Of a stretch of 64,000 nucleotides of DNA, positions 1 to 12,011 are shown one piece after another. Source of the stretch: Raillietiella orientalis (Eukaryota). The stretch spans positions 4,154,001 to 4,218,000 of the forward strand of contig JAYWIR010000008.1 in NCBI GenBank assembly GCA_036172245.1. Reading direction: 5' to 3'. The notes under the pieces were generated by a model that was not told the DNA's origin, ran no database searches, and saw only the letters and a program-made list of their open reading frames with translations. Made by a program: the position numbers and the translations under genes. How positions within the stretch are numbered: the stretch's first letter is position 1; each line of letters opens with the position of its first letter.

Positions 1-2057
1 GGAACAGACTGCAAATGAATGCCTAAATCTCTGAAGCAACAATTATTAAATGATGGCATATGAAGGGTGTACCAAGAACTTAGATAATTACATAATTCTT
101 TTGTAATTAGGAGCAAGTATTATTTTGTTTATTTGACTTTGAATGTTAATTTTACTTCTTTTAAGTATTCAAAGAACGTAAGCACATCCATTTAGGCATG
201 CATACCAAAATTGCATACTTTTTATCAGATAGAAAAGAAGCAAATAGATATTGGTTGGGAAGGTATTTTTTTATAATAGGAATTCCTACTGACTTTCTGT
301 CATGAACTGTTTCTGATTCAAATGCCATCCATGTAATAGTCACTTCATAATATTGAATTCTGTATAGAGTTCAGTTGATTGAGAATTCATTTTTTAAATG
401 AATTCTTAATCCTCAGAAATGAATGTCAAGTTGAGCTCTCCAATTGGCTTTCCAAAATATCACCAAACTGAATAGTTCTAGACTGCCTTCATCTTTAATT
501 ACTTTCATGAAGTATTAAAACACTTGGCCTAGGCATATGGAATTATGTTGAGTGTTGCAGGAGCTGAAAGGCAGTACTCTAGAAGAGGGTAATGTGTTTA
601 TTCAGTGAACATGTAATTCAAATCTTTTATGAATAAAACAAATATACAGATTAAAACAGTGCCTTAATTTGTTCAAAATAAGTTTTTGGGGTAGAATATT
701 TATAATAGTTACTAAAGAAAATCCTACTTTGAGTTGATGAAATTATTTTTTATTTTTTTCTTGTTTAAATGTTGTTATACTTTGACTAAAGCAGGCAGTT
801 TGCATCAATGGTCTGCAAAGACTTCTTATATCAGTATATCCTGAGAACTCATTCTTGATTGGATGTGTGTAAGCTCTACAAGTTTGCAAAGTAAAATATT
901 TCGTCATTGTCGCATTAAGTAGTTAAAGTGTGCTCTTTTTCTGTTTGATTTTCATGCTAGGGAATCTGCATCGATTTCTAAGTGATGTTTGATGGTAATA
1001 ATTAATGGAATTTTTGCAATTATTTATTTTAATATAATTACTTTTATCTTTGCTATTATTTGTATTAGTGAGAATTGTTAATGTTACCAATGTAGGTTTT
1101 GTTAAGAATTCAAAATAGGAAAAAAATGCCACTTTCAGCAAACAGTATGCACAATAGAAACTGCAATATTCAATGAACACATAAAAACTAAAGTTGTATC
1201 AATGAGTATTGTGTTTTCATGAAATGTTAATTTGGGAAATGGTAAGCATTTGTAAGAATTTTGTCTCTGCAATTGTGTGAAAATGTTTAACATGTGTGTT
1301 AGGTGATGATGATTGAAGAAAATAGGGTAAAAATTTCAATTTAGATCTCAGATTTCCTGCAAAAACAAAAAAAGCTTGCAAAGACAAATAGTTGAATTAT
1401 TAATTATGCACCTATCTACCTTTATCTCTAAAAGGAAAACATCAAGGAATTGAAAAAAGGAAAATATAAGTAATGTTAGAAACTAAACTGAACCGAAATT
1501 TTGAGTTAAGAGTCATGATAGATTGTAGATTTGTTTCTTTAAGTTCGATTTTCAATTTTTTATTTGTAAATAAATTTGTTGATTTCACACATATTTTGGA
1601 AACTTTAATTAGATATCCATATGCATTTTTTTTTATTTTTTTCTATTGTAGGCATTCGTAAGTAAGCTCTGTGGATTACTGTGAAAGCATCTATAATAAA
1701 TTATTACCATCTTGCGTATTTCTAAGTATTAATAATATAATATTTTTTTGATAATTTGATTCATACTGCATTGATTATGTGCTTTTCACACCAGTCACTA
1801 TAATCAGTATTAATGCAGGTAATATACCTATATTACCTGTATGAATACTGTTCAAATATGTGATTAAATTCAAGTTTTTCAGAACCCATGTCCTGTGAAG
1901 GACCTTGTGACTTGAAAATACCATCTGTTTTTGTGAGATATAGGGATGGATATCTTTTAACAAAGAAATACCAGTATAATGAGAATGATCCACGGTAATT
2001 CAATGCTATAGTATTTAATAGAGTTTTTTTTAACTTTCAAGGATTTTTCTTTTGTAG

Positions 2058-2732
2058 GTTTGTTGCCTTCTTGGTGAATGATTTTTCAATTGATGTTACG
2101 AAATATTTATTGCCTTTTGCAGTTTTTCTTGGAATCGGTGTTGTGGTCACGATAGTTTATGGAGTAAGTTTTGTTTATTTCCAATTTTTTGGTTAATTCA
2201 TAGTCATTGAGGCCTACAAATGTGTGCGAAATCGTCAGCAAGAAAGACTGTATCGTATGCCATCCAGATATTTGAAAAAAATTCCTCAGTTGAAATATAA
2301 GGACGAAGATCCATATGAAGTTTGTGCTGTGTGCTTGGAAGAATATAAGGAAGGAGACAGGCTAAGAATGCTTCCATGCTCACATGGTAATGTAAAATAA
2401 TATGATTTCAGATATAAATTTTATCAATCTATTTATGATTGAAGCAAAATAGTAAAGGCAATTTAAATACTACATTCGTATTTGCAGGAATGAAAATTTG
2501 ACTATTTTGATTCATTGTGTCTTTTATGAAATCAGTGTATCATTCAACATGTATTGATCCATGGCTAACAAAAAAGCGAAGGGTATGCCCCATCTGCAAG
2601 AGAAAGATATTTGCTTGTAATGAAAAGCCAGTAGACTTTGATTCAGATACTGAAGGAAGTTCATCTGAATCAGAGCATATGCCCTTGTTAAGAGAAAGCC
2701 ATCAACCAATGTATCATTCTACCACCAGTGTT
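2058..2732 (+). CDS. RNF13: RNF13/RNF167-like (goliath/godzilla family) transmembrane RING-H2 E3 ubiquitin ligase, internal exons; 5' part (PA domain) not found in window
   Basis: Exons 2058-2163, 2212-2386 and 2536-2732 join in frame via GT-AG introns of 48 and 149 nt. Product: FVAFLVNDFSIDVTKYLLPFAVFLGIGVVVTIVYG (TM helix) / AYKCVRNRQQERLYRMPSRYLKKIPQLKYKDEDPYEVCAVCLEEYKEGDRLRMLPCSH / VYHSTCIDPWLTKKRRVCPICKRK...DSDTEGSSSESEHMPLL. This has the C3H2C3 RING-H2 and the acidic S/E...PLL tail typical of RNF13/RNF167. Exact paralogue uncertain. Confidence 0.9.
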
Positions 2733-5446
2733 GTAAGTTATTATTTTATTTAGTGCTTTTTATTCATGAGGCTATCAAGTGTTCATCTGCAAACATGCTT
2801 AACTACGAATTTTGTTTAGTTCCTAAAAAGAATTCATTGCCAACATTCAACAATTCATTCACAGTTCACTGAAAGATGATTTTCTTAGCTCTGCTATCAA
2901 TTCCATGTTTTTTTTCAATGATACAATAATATATATTTATTGATAATGTGCCTACACAAATTGTCAACAGTCTTCCATGGGTTACTTGTAATGGTTAAAC
3001 ATCTTCGATGTTGACAGATTTCATTTTACGGATTGTGTTTATTATATAATTTAAAACCAAGTTTTCCAAAAAATCTTTCAGTTTGAGTTTAGCCCCATTT
3101 GTTGAATATTGTACCATGTCATTACAAATATCTCAAAATTGAGGATTGTATGCACAAATATATCAAATTTTAGTGTTGTCATATCGTTCAAAATTGGTCA
3201 ATATCTCCAAAAATGAATATATAATGCATTATTTTGTTATCTAATCATAAGATGCAAATTAGAATACCAAACACTAACCTTTATCTGTAACATTTCATCT
3301 GCTGTTAATATGATATTGAAATACGGTATAGATGAACATTTTAAGTCTTATAATAAGCATTACACATCACTGAATAACCAATCATGATGCATATTTAATA
3401 CCAACGTTGCTAATAACCTGAAAAGGCAACTATAACAGTTTGAAGAAGAAAAGTATATACGTTAAGCCTATTAACCTGTCAGGTTATAATGTATAACTTG
3501 AATATTCATAAAGTAAAACGACTTTCAGCAGTAAGTGATCAGCAGATTGCATAGTTTTGAGGACAGTTTAGAAATGCAATGAATTCTCCAGAAATAGAGT
3601 GGGGTCACAGAATGTTATGATTAACTTGTTATCAATCAATTATTTTATGCTAGAATCAGGAAAACAAGGAAGAAGCGAGGAAAATGATTACTCGAAAACT
3701 TGCTGTGTTATCCAGAGTGCAAGTGATGAAAGCTAATGTACAAGTGATTGAGGCCAATAATGAATTTTTTAATGAACGGTGTTTTGGAGAAATAGCTGTT
3801 GTAATGATTTAAAATAGCCTTCATTCCAAAAGCTTCCTGTTCATGTTTGATGCCAATTTTTTCTAATGGATTACTCAAGATTAAAAAGCATCAATCCAGC
3901 TGACATTCATTAAATGTGCAATTTTCGTAAAAAAAAAAATAAGAATACGGTAAACTTTACATAAAAATTTCGGTTTTCTGAATAGATGAAATAATTTCTT
4001 TCAATAGAGAGGATGAAGTAATTCTTTAAGCCTTTCATTTCATTGTGTAATCATACAGATAAAAATGGAACTGCATTTCATAGTGAGAGAACTGCAGATT
4101 GCTTCAGTTCAATCACTCAGTCTTCCTAATATGTATGGCATGTGAGTTGCACAAGAAAATTTTGTGGTTCTGTATGTATATATTTATATATATAATCACA
4201 AAATTTAGTAAGTACAAATATATAATTACAAAATTTTCTTTGTATGAAGTGTAGTGGCTATTATTACAAGAAATGGAAATGATTTGATTGATTAATTTTG
4301 TTATTGTGAAGTACCTGTGAAAAATATAATTTGATATTTTGAGAACAATTCGCTTTTTGTAAATTGAACTTAAGTCCTACAATTACTTGTTCAAAGATTA
4401 TAGATGCAAATAACGAATGAACTTTGATGATGGATGATTTGAGTTTTTTTGATCTTCTGGGATGTGATCCAAAAATTCCTTTGTAGAAGATTGTGACAAT
4501 GATATAAATAATTGGCTAATTCCCTGATTGGGTATCTTCAGGAGAGTTCAAGAAAATTCATATGTCGATTGCGTGTGTGCTTTCACAAAGCATTCACTAT
4601 TTATAGCAGATTATCCGTAGTTGGTTTTCAATAACATAAATAAATCCATGATACTGCACATTGCATCACTGATGTAAGAACAGGCAAAGATATCGCTAAC
4701 AAAATTTTGAAGTTATGAAAGTTGCGTTGTCAAAGCAGGTAGGCCTAGCATTTTTGGATAACTGATTTTGTATTTCTTAGAAAATCAAAAACAGAGTAAA
4801 CGTAAATAATCAGTTGCATAGCTCCGAACTTCAGCATATTTTTTAAGCCCCCCCCCCCCCCAATTTCACAAAGCATGGCATGTGCAAACGGCGTCATTTC
4901 TTTGGCAGTGAAAAGCTGTATTGTAAACTTTTATTGTACATGGATGCGATGCTTCCATGCACGGGTGTACTTAGAGCAAGTAATTTGGTGGAAGCTGTCA
5001 TCTTTAGTTGTAAAGAAATATTCCTGAATTATTTTTTTAAAATTTTGACAGATATTCGTTGTTGACCGCTCATTGAGACGATTTGCAACTTTTCTTATTA
5101 GGGACTCCCCCCCCCTCAAATTCACATCGTCGTGATGAGAATTGTTTGTGAAGCATAGTTTTATTTAATTTTACATGCTGATTTGTTTGCATCCAGTCGG
5201 TGGCTGGGTAAGCTTGCTCGATGTTTTATTTATTTATTTTTTTATTTATTTATTTATTTTTTTATGCGGATTGTTTGAGTGCATTCGTAATGTGGTTTTC
5301 CCAATGGGATCACGTGGGCGCTTGGCTGAGATTTCTGCAGCATCCCATCTGCTGTAAAATCTGCAAATTGGGTTACACGTTAGTTTAAGATGGATCTTGT
5401 TTTCTTGAAATGTCGGGAAGTGATGAGTGTGTTTTCTTCATTTCAG

Positions 5447-5566
5447 GGAATGCAGTTGAGCAGCTCATCCGGAGATAGTTACTGTTATGCATATTCTAGT
5501 GAATCTGAGGCATCAGTTACTCATGATGGTCATAATTCTTCGGTTTCGTCTCTTTTTAGCGCTTAA
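5447..5566 (+). CDS. Candidate terminal coding exon of the RNF13-like gene
   Basis: Pyrimidine-rich acceptor (ttttcttcatttcag) in phase 0, matching the donor at 2733. Open for 40 codons (GMQLSSSSGDSYCYAYSSESEASVTHDGHNSSVSSLFSA*), followed by AATAAA at 5648-5653 and an A-run. The sequence is low complexity, so homology cannot be confirmed by eye. Confidence 0.45.
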   Translation, partial: GMQLSSSSGDSYCYAYSSESEASVTHDGHNSSVSSLFSA

Positions 5567-8500
5567 GTGAACTCATGACAATTCAGCAATATACGTGCAA
5601 AAGATTTATGCCAATGGCGGTTTTATTTTTATGATCAGAAGAATATTAATAAAATTTTTATTTTGTTACGTTATGTGACAAGAAATAAAAAAAAAAAAAA
5701 TCAGCCATAAATTTACTGGAGAAGAAGCCCATTTGGAGTCTTTGCCCATTCACGTGCCAGCCACATACTTAAACCATGCTGCTTCGTGCCTAGCCACAGC
5801 TTCTGCAGCTGACAAATTGATTTCGTGCCCAATTCTTTCGTGTCTGCAGCGGAGGGGTGCCCTCGGGGTGCAGCAGTGCTCGATTCCCGATACCCGTAGC
5901 GGTCTGTGTGTGTGTGTGTGTGAACCAAGTTAGAGGAAAACTTCACCGTCGAGGGCTTTGGTTCAACTGCCGCCACGAGCTGTTCCGGCCTCCAGGAGCA
6001 GAAGGAGCGAAGGACGCGAACTTCCTCCGTCGTCAGCTGCTTGCACGCGTGTGATTCCTGCTGGCATTTTGGTTTCGTGGTTTCCTTGTAGCCTTTCCAT
6101 CTCGTGGTCGCGTATAACTCCTGCACAAGCGAGGCGAGGTGATCGTGTTTGTTGTTCGAATGCTCTTTCTGCTTGTCCCTGCAGTCTCCCTGGACAAAGT
6201 AAATCCGTCCTGGTGTAATCCACGTAGACATCTCTGCCGTTGCAATTCGGAGCGATGTGCATGCAGTCTGTATGTTCGATTGCATAGAGTTTCTTGGACG
6301 ACCTGGTGTTTCATGAGATACGGGGATTCATTTCTCGTGCTGCTATTGCTGATTTGTGAGAACCGAAGTGTAGATCTGGGAACGTTCACGCCCATCCAAC
6401 GAGCAAAGGGGGACTAGGATTTGGTTCCGATTGCCAAAAATTTGGTTTCTTCCTTCATCTACTGCAGCTATTACAGCTCAGTGTACGTTGTTCCGAGATA
6501 TCCGAAAATCATTGCCCGTTACAGTTGGTAACTCTAATGTAGTGTAAGCCGCCAGCTTTACCCTAGGTCGTGTCCTTTCTATCACTTTTGAACGTATAGC
6601 GAATTGCAGTTTGATGAGTTGTCATCCCTTTGTCAAATGTGATGTACCCCCCGTTTGTCGTTCCTCCCATTTTCCATAATGACCAAGAGAGCATTTTGGG
6701 GGTAAGGTACATCTAGTACACTTCCCATGTGGTGTGGTGTTGAGCCGGTGTTTTCTGTACAAGAGAATCGCGAGCTATACAGTTCTGTTTCTCCGGAACG
6801 CAGGCACGGAAGTTGACATTGGATGCAGCAGGTGATGAGATCATCAGTTCGCGCCATATCTTGGTTGGGTTTCACGTTTTTGGAATTATTACTCGCTCCC
6901 ACGCTTCTGCTATTACTAGAGTGTGAAATGCCCTAAGGGTGGTCCTTCCTCCGCCAAAGGACCTCGGACGGAAGGAAGCTCGGCACAGTATCGCGCGCTC
7001 GTCGAAAAGGGTCTCCACCATTACCAAACTTGGGAACAAGCTGCGATGGTGCACGCAGGCTCGTGCACCCAAGACACTAAACGGAATGTTTGCGCGGCAG
7101 GCAGCTGGATGATGAGCTGTGTACTTTTGCGTCTTTCATCGACGGTTCTAGGAAATTGTCCGTGTGACGTGTCCGCATTGGTGGGCGGGTTCGCGTCTTC
7201 GCCGTGTGCCTTCCGTGTCGAGACCACTTTCCTTCAGAAAGATGGCCTCATCACGCCTTGGGTCTCCGTCATCCGTCATGCCTTCGTGTTTTCCATCGTA
7301 TCGAGTTGCGATGCTGGCGATTACGACGGCTGCTCCTTTTCCGCTCCGGAAACGTCGTCTTGAAGCTGAGCTTCAGTCAGTCTGAGCTAGTGGGTTTTGC
7401 GCTGTTCTTGCACCCCTGTCGCCGTTGTCATCGGCAACAGGCAGGCTCTCTTTCATTCGCTGATATGGCAAGCAATTCGAGGAATTAGAATCGGTGTCTC
7501 CGCATCCTTGCTGGTCGCGGGTACCACCGTGCTGCCGGTCGCACGAATGTTTCATCCGTGTCAGGTAGATGGAAGGTTAAAGGAAAAGGAAAGATTGGGA
7601 TCCTTGTTTCGGTGATGAAAACTGACTCCTTGTGCAGTCACTGTTGCTTATCCTTTTTTCTTGATCTAAAACTGCTCGCTTATTCGTGTTGCTCATGCAG
7701 ATTTTCCGTGAATCGGACGACACTGCAAAGTCTTTGCAGTGTTGACAAAGTGTTTTCCTAGGAGGGCGAAATTGTGAAACTACTAGAGGAAGTGAGGTAG
7801 CGCTTTTTAACGATTCCGGTTATGTATTTGAAGCAGGACGAAACTAACCATGAATTTATTGTGGGTTGTGGTCCTATCTTTATGGAATACGTGACCTGGC
7901 TATTTCGAAAATGCCCTTTGTGTTCACCTAAATAGCCAGGCCGCCTTCAGGTTTCTCTGATAAAATTCAAAGTTGCTCATGACTTTTCTGTGCACGGTAT
8001 TGACCCCGGGGAATTGTGGAGATGCTGGTTCTTCTGCGCCCGGAGCTGTTCTTTGCTGGATGCTGTTTGCACTGTGTACCTGGGAAACCGGAATCGCAAA
8101 AATCATCCCCAGATCCGAATTAGGAATTCATCATTCATTAAGAGAGCTCGCAACGAACCTCTTCACCGCTGTGCAGTGCTGGTTGCGAGCAGGCAGACCC
8201 ACCCTCTGCGATCTGCGGGCCCTCTACCCACCCTCCGCTGTTTCCGTGCTTCTTGCAACTTATCTACGGATTGCTTCCAGGTTTTTTGACGAATAGCAGC
8301 AGGCGTGACCCAGTGCCATTTCACAGATTCACTCTCACGCCTCGCCAGGGACGGACACTTCGAGAAACTTCATTTTTCACTCTTTTCCTTAATAAGGTCT
8401 GAAATCGTATCACCAGTGAACATCAGTTCGAGATTCGTCACTAGTCACGCAAATCGTTAATGGTTATTGATTAGATTAAAAAGAATCGAACTTTACCTAC

Positions 8501-9779
8501 AGTCAGTGCCACTTTAATGAAAGCTGAATTCTCAATCAATTATACTTTGTAGAATAAATGCTTGCTGGATGCTGTCGCAGCAAAAGAAAACACAGAACGT
8601 TGAGTCTTTTCCGGAAACTTCCCAGAATGCTTGTTTTTCAATTCTGTGTTTTTCGAAATTTCATCTTTCGAGTACATTCTTTTTTTTCCTTTTCGAATCC
8701 TCCATACAATTGTAGTTTTATCCTTGCCTGCATATCTTGTTACCTGGTGGGCATCAGAGTTACAACGGGCAATCGGCTGTAAGAAGAATATTACTTGGAG
8801 TTATCGGAAAATGCGATTCGGCGGGCGGGTGGACCGATGACCACGTGTGGGAATATACAAAGAAAATCAAATTACGCGTAGCATTACCTTGCGTAGAAGT
8901 GATGATACAAGTGAATCCAGGATCAGTTTGATGAACTAGTTACAGTTCGAATTATGCAATGCCTGAATGTAACAAATGGATGCACGGAATGCACAGGTTA
9001 CATACCTGATCTCGGTGTTAAGATAACTTCCTTGTCACTTGTAACCAAAATGACCCCTCACTGTATGAGTGCAATTTATTTTCGACCCATTTCTGATATC
9101 GTGCCCGGTTCTCGGAAGGTGAATTGGGTTCACCACCTCAGCGATGGATTTGCTGCACGAAAATTTTCGTTTGAGCATCCGCCGATGCCCTTTTCCAGGT
9201 TCGGACTCCGTATGAATTGTGATCCGAAATGTTGAAGATTCGACGGTGAATCGCCTAACTGTTCGCATCACTTTCGAAATATATGCGTGCATTTGATTTA
9301 TATTCCCAACAGAACAGTGCTGAAACGAATGTGCCCGAAAAATTCTGCCTCCCTGTGCTTTGGAAAAGATTCAGCAGGATTATAAGTTTGCTTTCCACCG
9401 AATAATCCAAAATGCTGAGCGTCTGGGGGTCAAAGCTTGGTTGACTTGACGACGTTGCCCGCAGGAAACGGTCACCGCATGCTTAATAAATTACCTTCGG
9501 TTATGGTTTTTCACCCGGGTGAGCCGGGGCTTTAAAATTTTTTACAATAAAAAATTCTATAATAAAGTCCTTTTCTTTTTTCACTGTTTTGTATGATTTT
9601 TTTCAACCGTAACACATGTTCCGACTGTCCTGAGGCACTTGTCCTTACCGACCCGCAGGCCGATAAGGTCCTCCACACTGGCGCAGGGGCGGGAAAATCA
9701 AAAATAAAACAAAAAAAAAAAGAAAAACGCCTGGGGGGGGCAATGTTTTTTTGGGAGGGGAGGAAAGGGAGGGTACGCC

Positions 9780-10732
9780 GTGAGGAGGCCTCTGCATCCG
9801 GTTTCGGATGCGAACAAGTGCCGGCAAATGTTTCTTAAGTCGGCGCCAACGGGAAGCCTTCTCCAAAGAGATGGCTGCCCAGTGGATGGCATTCCGACTG
9901 GTGCGGCCTCTCCTTGACGCGGTCCACTTATCCAGGATTCCGCCATTATTCCCTGGAATGTTAAGGATCGACGAGAGTCGATCCCACATCTGACGGAGGG
10001 CAACACACTCACGATGATTAAGTGGGGGAAGGTCTCCCTTTCCCCGCACTCTGCACACTGGGCATCCACACTCCCTAAGGTCCAGTGAGATAGGCGTGCT
10101 CTGCTTGAAAGTCCCCAATGGAGCAGAAGCAACGCCGTCTCCTGCCACTGCAGGGGAAGGGTGCCGTTGTCCCAAGACGCTGGGGGCCACTTCACCTCCT
10201 CCGGAGGCATGTCGAGCAGCTCGCCCCAGCGTACAAGTCCATTCGGCGGGACAGTCGGGGTACTAGCGTCCGCTAGTTCCCGGGACGTCCACGCCTTCAT
10301 CAGTTTTTTTCTGCCTTCGATGGGGCAGGACACTTCCCACGATGCCTCCTGTTGGCTGTCCCTGACTTCCCTGAGGGAGGGCAGCACGGGGGCAAGGGGG
10401 GTGAAGGAAGCCCACAGAAGTTTCCGTGGGTTGGAAACGATCTCCTGCAGTGGCTGGCCAGCGTACCTGCCTCGACGGAGGCAGAAGTCCACATCGCTGG
10501 AGCCGTTGATTTTAGCCCACGCGGAAACGGACTCCTGTAGCCAGGTAGTCCAGTCCGCGGGGATGCAGGAGATCCACGGATTGTCCCTCACCAGGGCAAC
10601 CAGATCCCGTAGCTGAAACCCACAGTGGTTCAGACCACGGTCGTTGGCTACTAGGATTGAGGTCAATCCGTAGCAGACGGTTGCCCTGTGGGCGAGGTGT
10701 CGTGCGGGCGCACACCATGGTGCTTCGGTCAT
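9780..10732 (-). mobile_element. 5'-truncated L1/Tx1-like non-LTR retrotransposon fragment (C-terminal part of ORF2 with zf-RVT)
   Basis: ORF 9698..10732(-) reads LPLQWQETALLLLHWGLSSRARLSHWTLGSVDAQCAECGERETFPHLII and continues after a frameshift near 10010 as ECVALRQMWDRLSSIL. This is the C-x2-C...ET-x2-H...C...W zinc-binding (zf-RVT) region of LINE ORF2. It is a GC-rich block in more AT-rich flanks. No RT core is visible and boundaries are approximate. Confidence 0.75.
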
Positions 10733-11979
10733 GGTAGTTCCCTTTGTAAGGCGCGGGATCGGAGACTGAATTGGATCTTACGAGCAACTCAAAAAGTGCC
10801 GAAACAGCAAAGAGTGAAAACACAAAATATTGCCACGACAGTGAAACTTCTGGCACTGCAGCTTTGTCACGATTGTGAGCGATTGGTGGCACTCATCACG
10901 AGCTGATATCCCGAGCAGACCACTTGCCCGAATCCTTGTACATGCATAGAACGGAAGCCCATTTCATCATATGTAATGTACAGCAGACCTTCTGTCATGC
11001 AAAATGATGTCAGCCTCGCAGATTTCTCTTCATTAGGTGACAGAAGAGTAAGATTTTGCTCAAGAAATTTCATTCTCCGTCAGAAAGATATTCCAGGATC
11101 ATATATGTTCTCCATGGCTGCTTTCACGCTGCCCAGTGCAGGAAACACGAAGAAGTCTTAAGTTGCATTTCGTTTCAAGCTTCAAAGGTGCAACTAACTG
11201 TTTTTTTCCTCAAACTCATCATTCATTAATACATATTTTCACTCATTGTTACCACTATTAAGCAAAAAGTCCAAATACACACACACACACACAAACAAAA
11301 AAAACTTTTTTTCTCGCAGAAGCAATCAATGTAGTATATAAAGAACCAATGATGGAACCAATAATATGCAACCAAATACGTGTGTCCAAATGAACGTGTT
11401 GAATGTGTCTTACATTTAACCATGAGAAGTTGCACAGCATCATGCTATTTGGTACACAAGGTTAAAAAGTTCGTGCTTTCGAGTGGAGCTACATCTTGGA
11501 GCTTGCGGTCCCATTTTCCACTTCGGAGGCATCTTCTCGAAACGGTGCTCAAGATGCACTTAAGATAAACAGCTTCACTTCGTTAGGATCGAAGATCTGT
11601 ATGCTACTGCCATACATTTTACTAACAAGGAAATGTGCATGATTCGCTGCGTAATTATCATGTGAATAATTTCTACCAATACGTAATTATGGTGCTGTGG
11701 TCCAATAATTCAATGAGAGAGTTTTCCTATAATTATATCTAGCCCCTCGAGATTCAGGTAGACAAATGCTAGCAATTAGAAGGAAAAGCACACAACGCAG
11801 CACACGATGCTAGAAGGAAGTCACGTCGTGACGATGGACTTCCGTGTTGAAGGGTACGGTTGAAAAGAGAAGAAGCTGTTCAGCTGTCTTGAAGCTGCGG
11901 AAGGTGAATGAGAACTGTGTACGATGGAGTAAAAGAATTTCCAGCTGGAGATGAGGGACACAACAAGCGATCTGGTAAA

Positions 11980-12011
11980 AAACAAACAAACAAACAAACA
12001 AACAAACAAAC
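11980..12011. repeat. (AAAC)n microsatellite
   Basis: Tandem aaac units seen directly. Confidence 0.9.

Noticed and set aside
7895..7940. 11-bp inverted repeat (cctggctattt/aaatagccagg) as a possible pre-miRNA
   Set aside because: The stem is too short and the loop region pairs poorly. No recognisable mature miRNA.
7973..8296. ORF resembling another LINE ORF2 C-terminus
   Set aside because: Only vague Trp/hydrophobic spacing, with no zinc-knuckle motif to anchor it.
10900..11080. Minus-strand peptide KSARLTSFCMTEGLLYITYDEMGFRS resembling a Ty3/gypsy RT segment (TAFxTPxGLYxFxxMPFG)
   Set aside because: The similarity is short and loose, with no YxDD, LTR or other pol motifs nearby.
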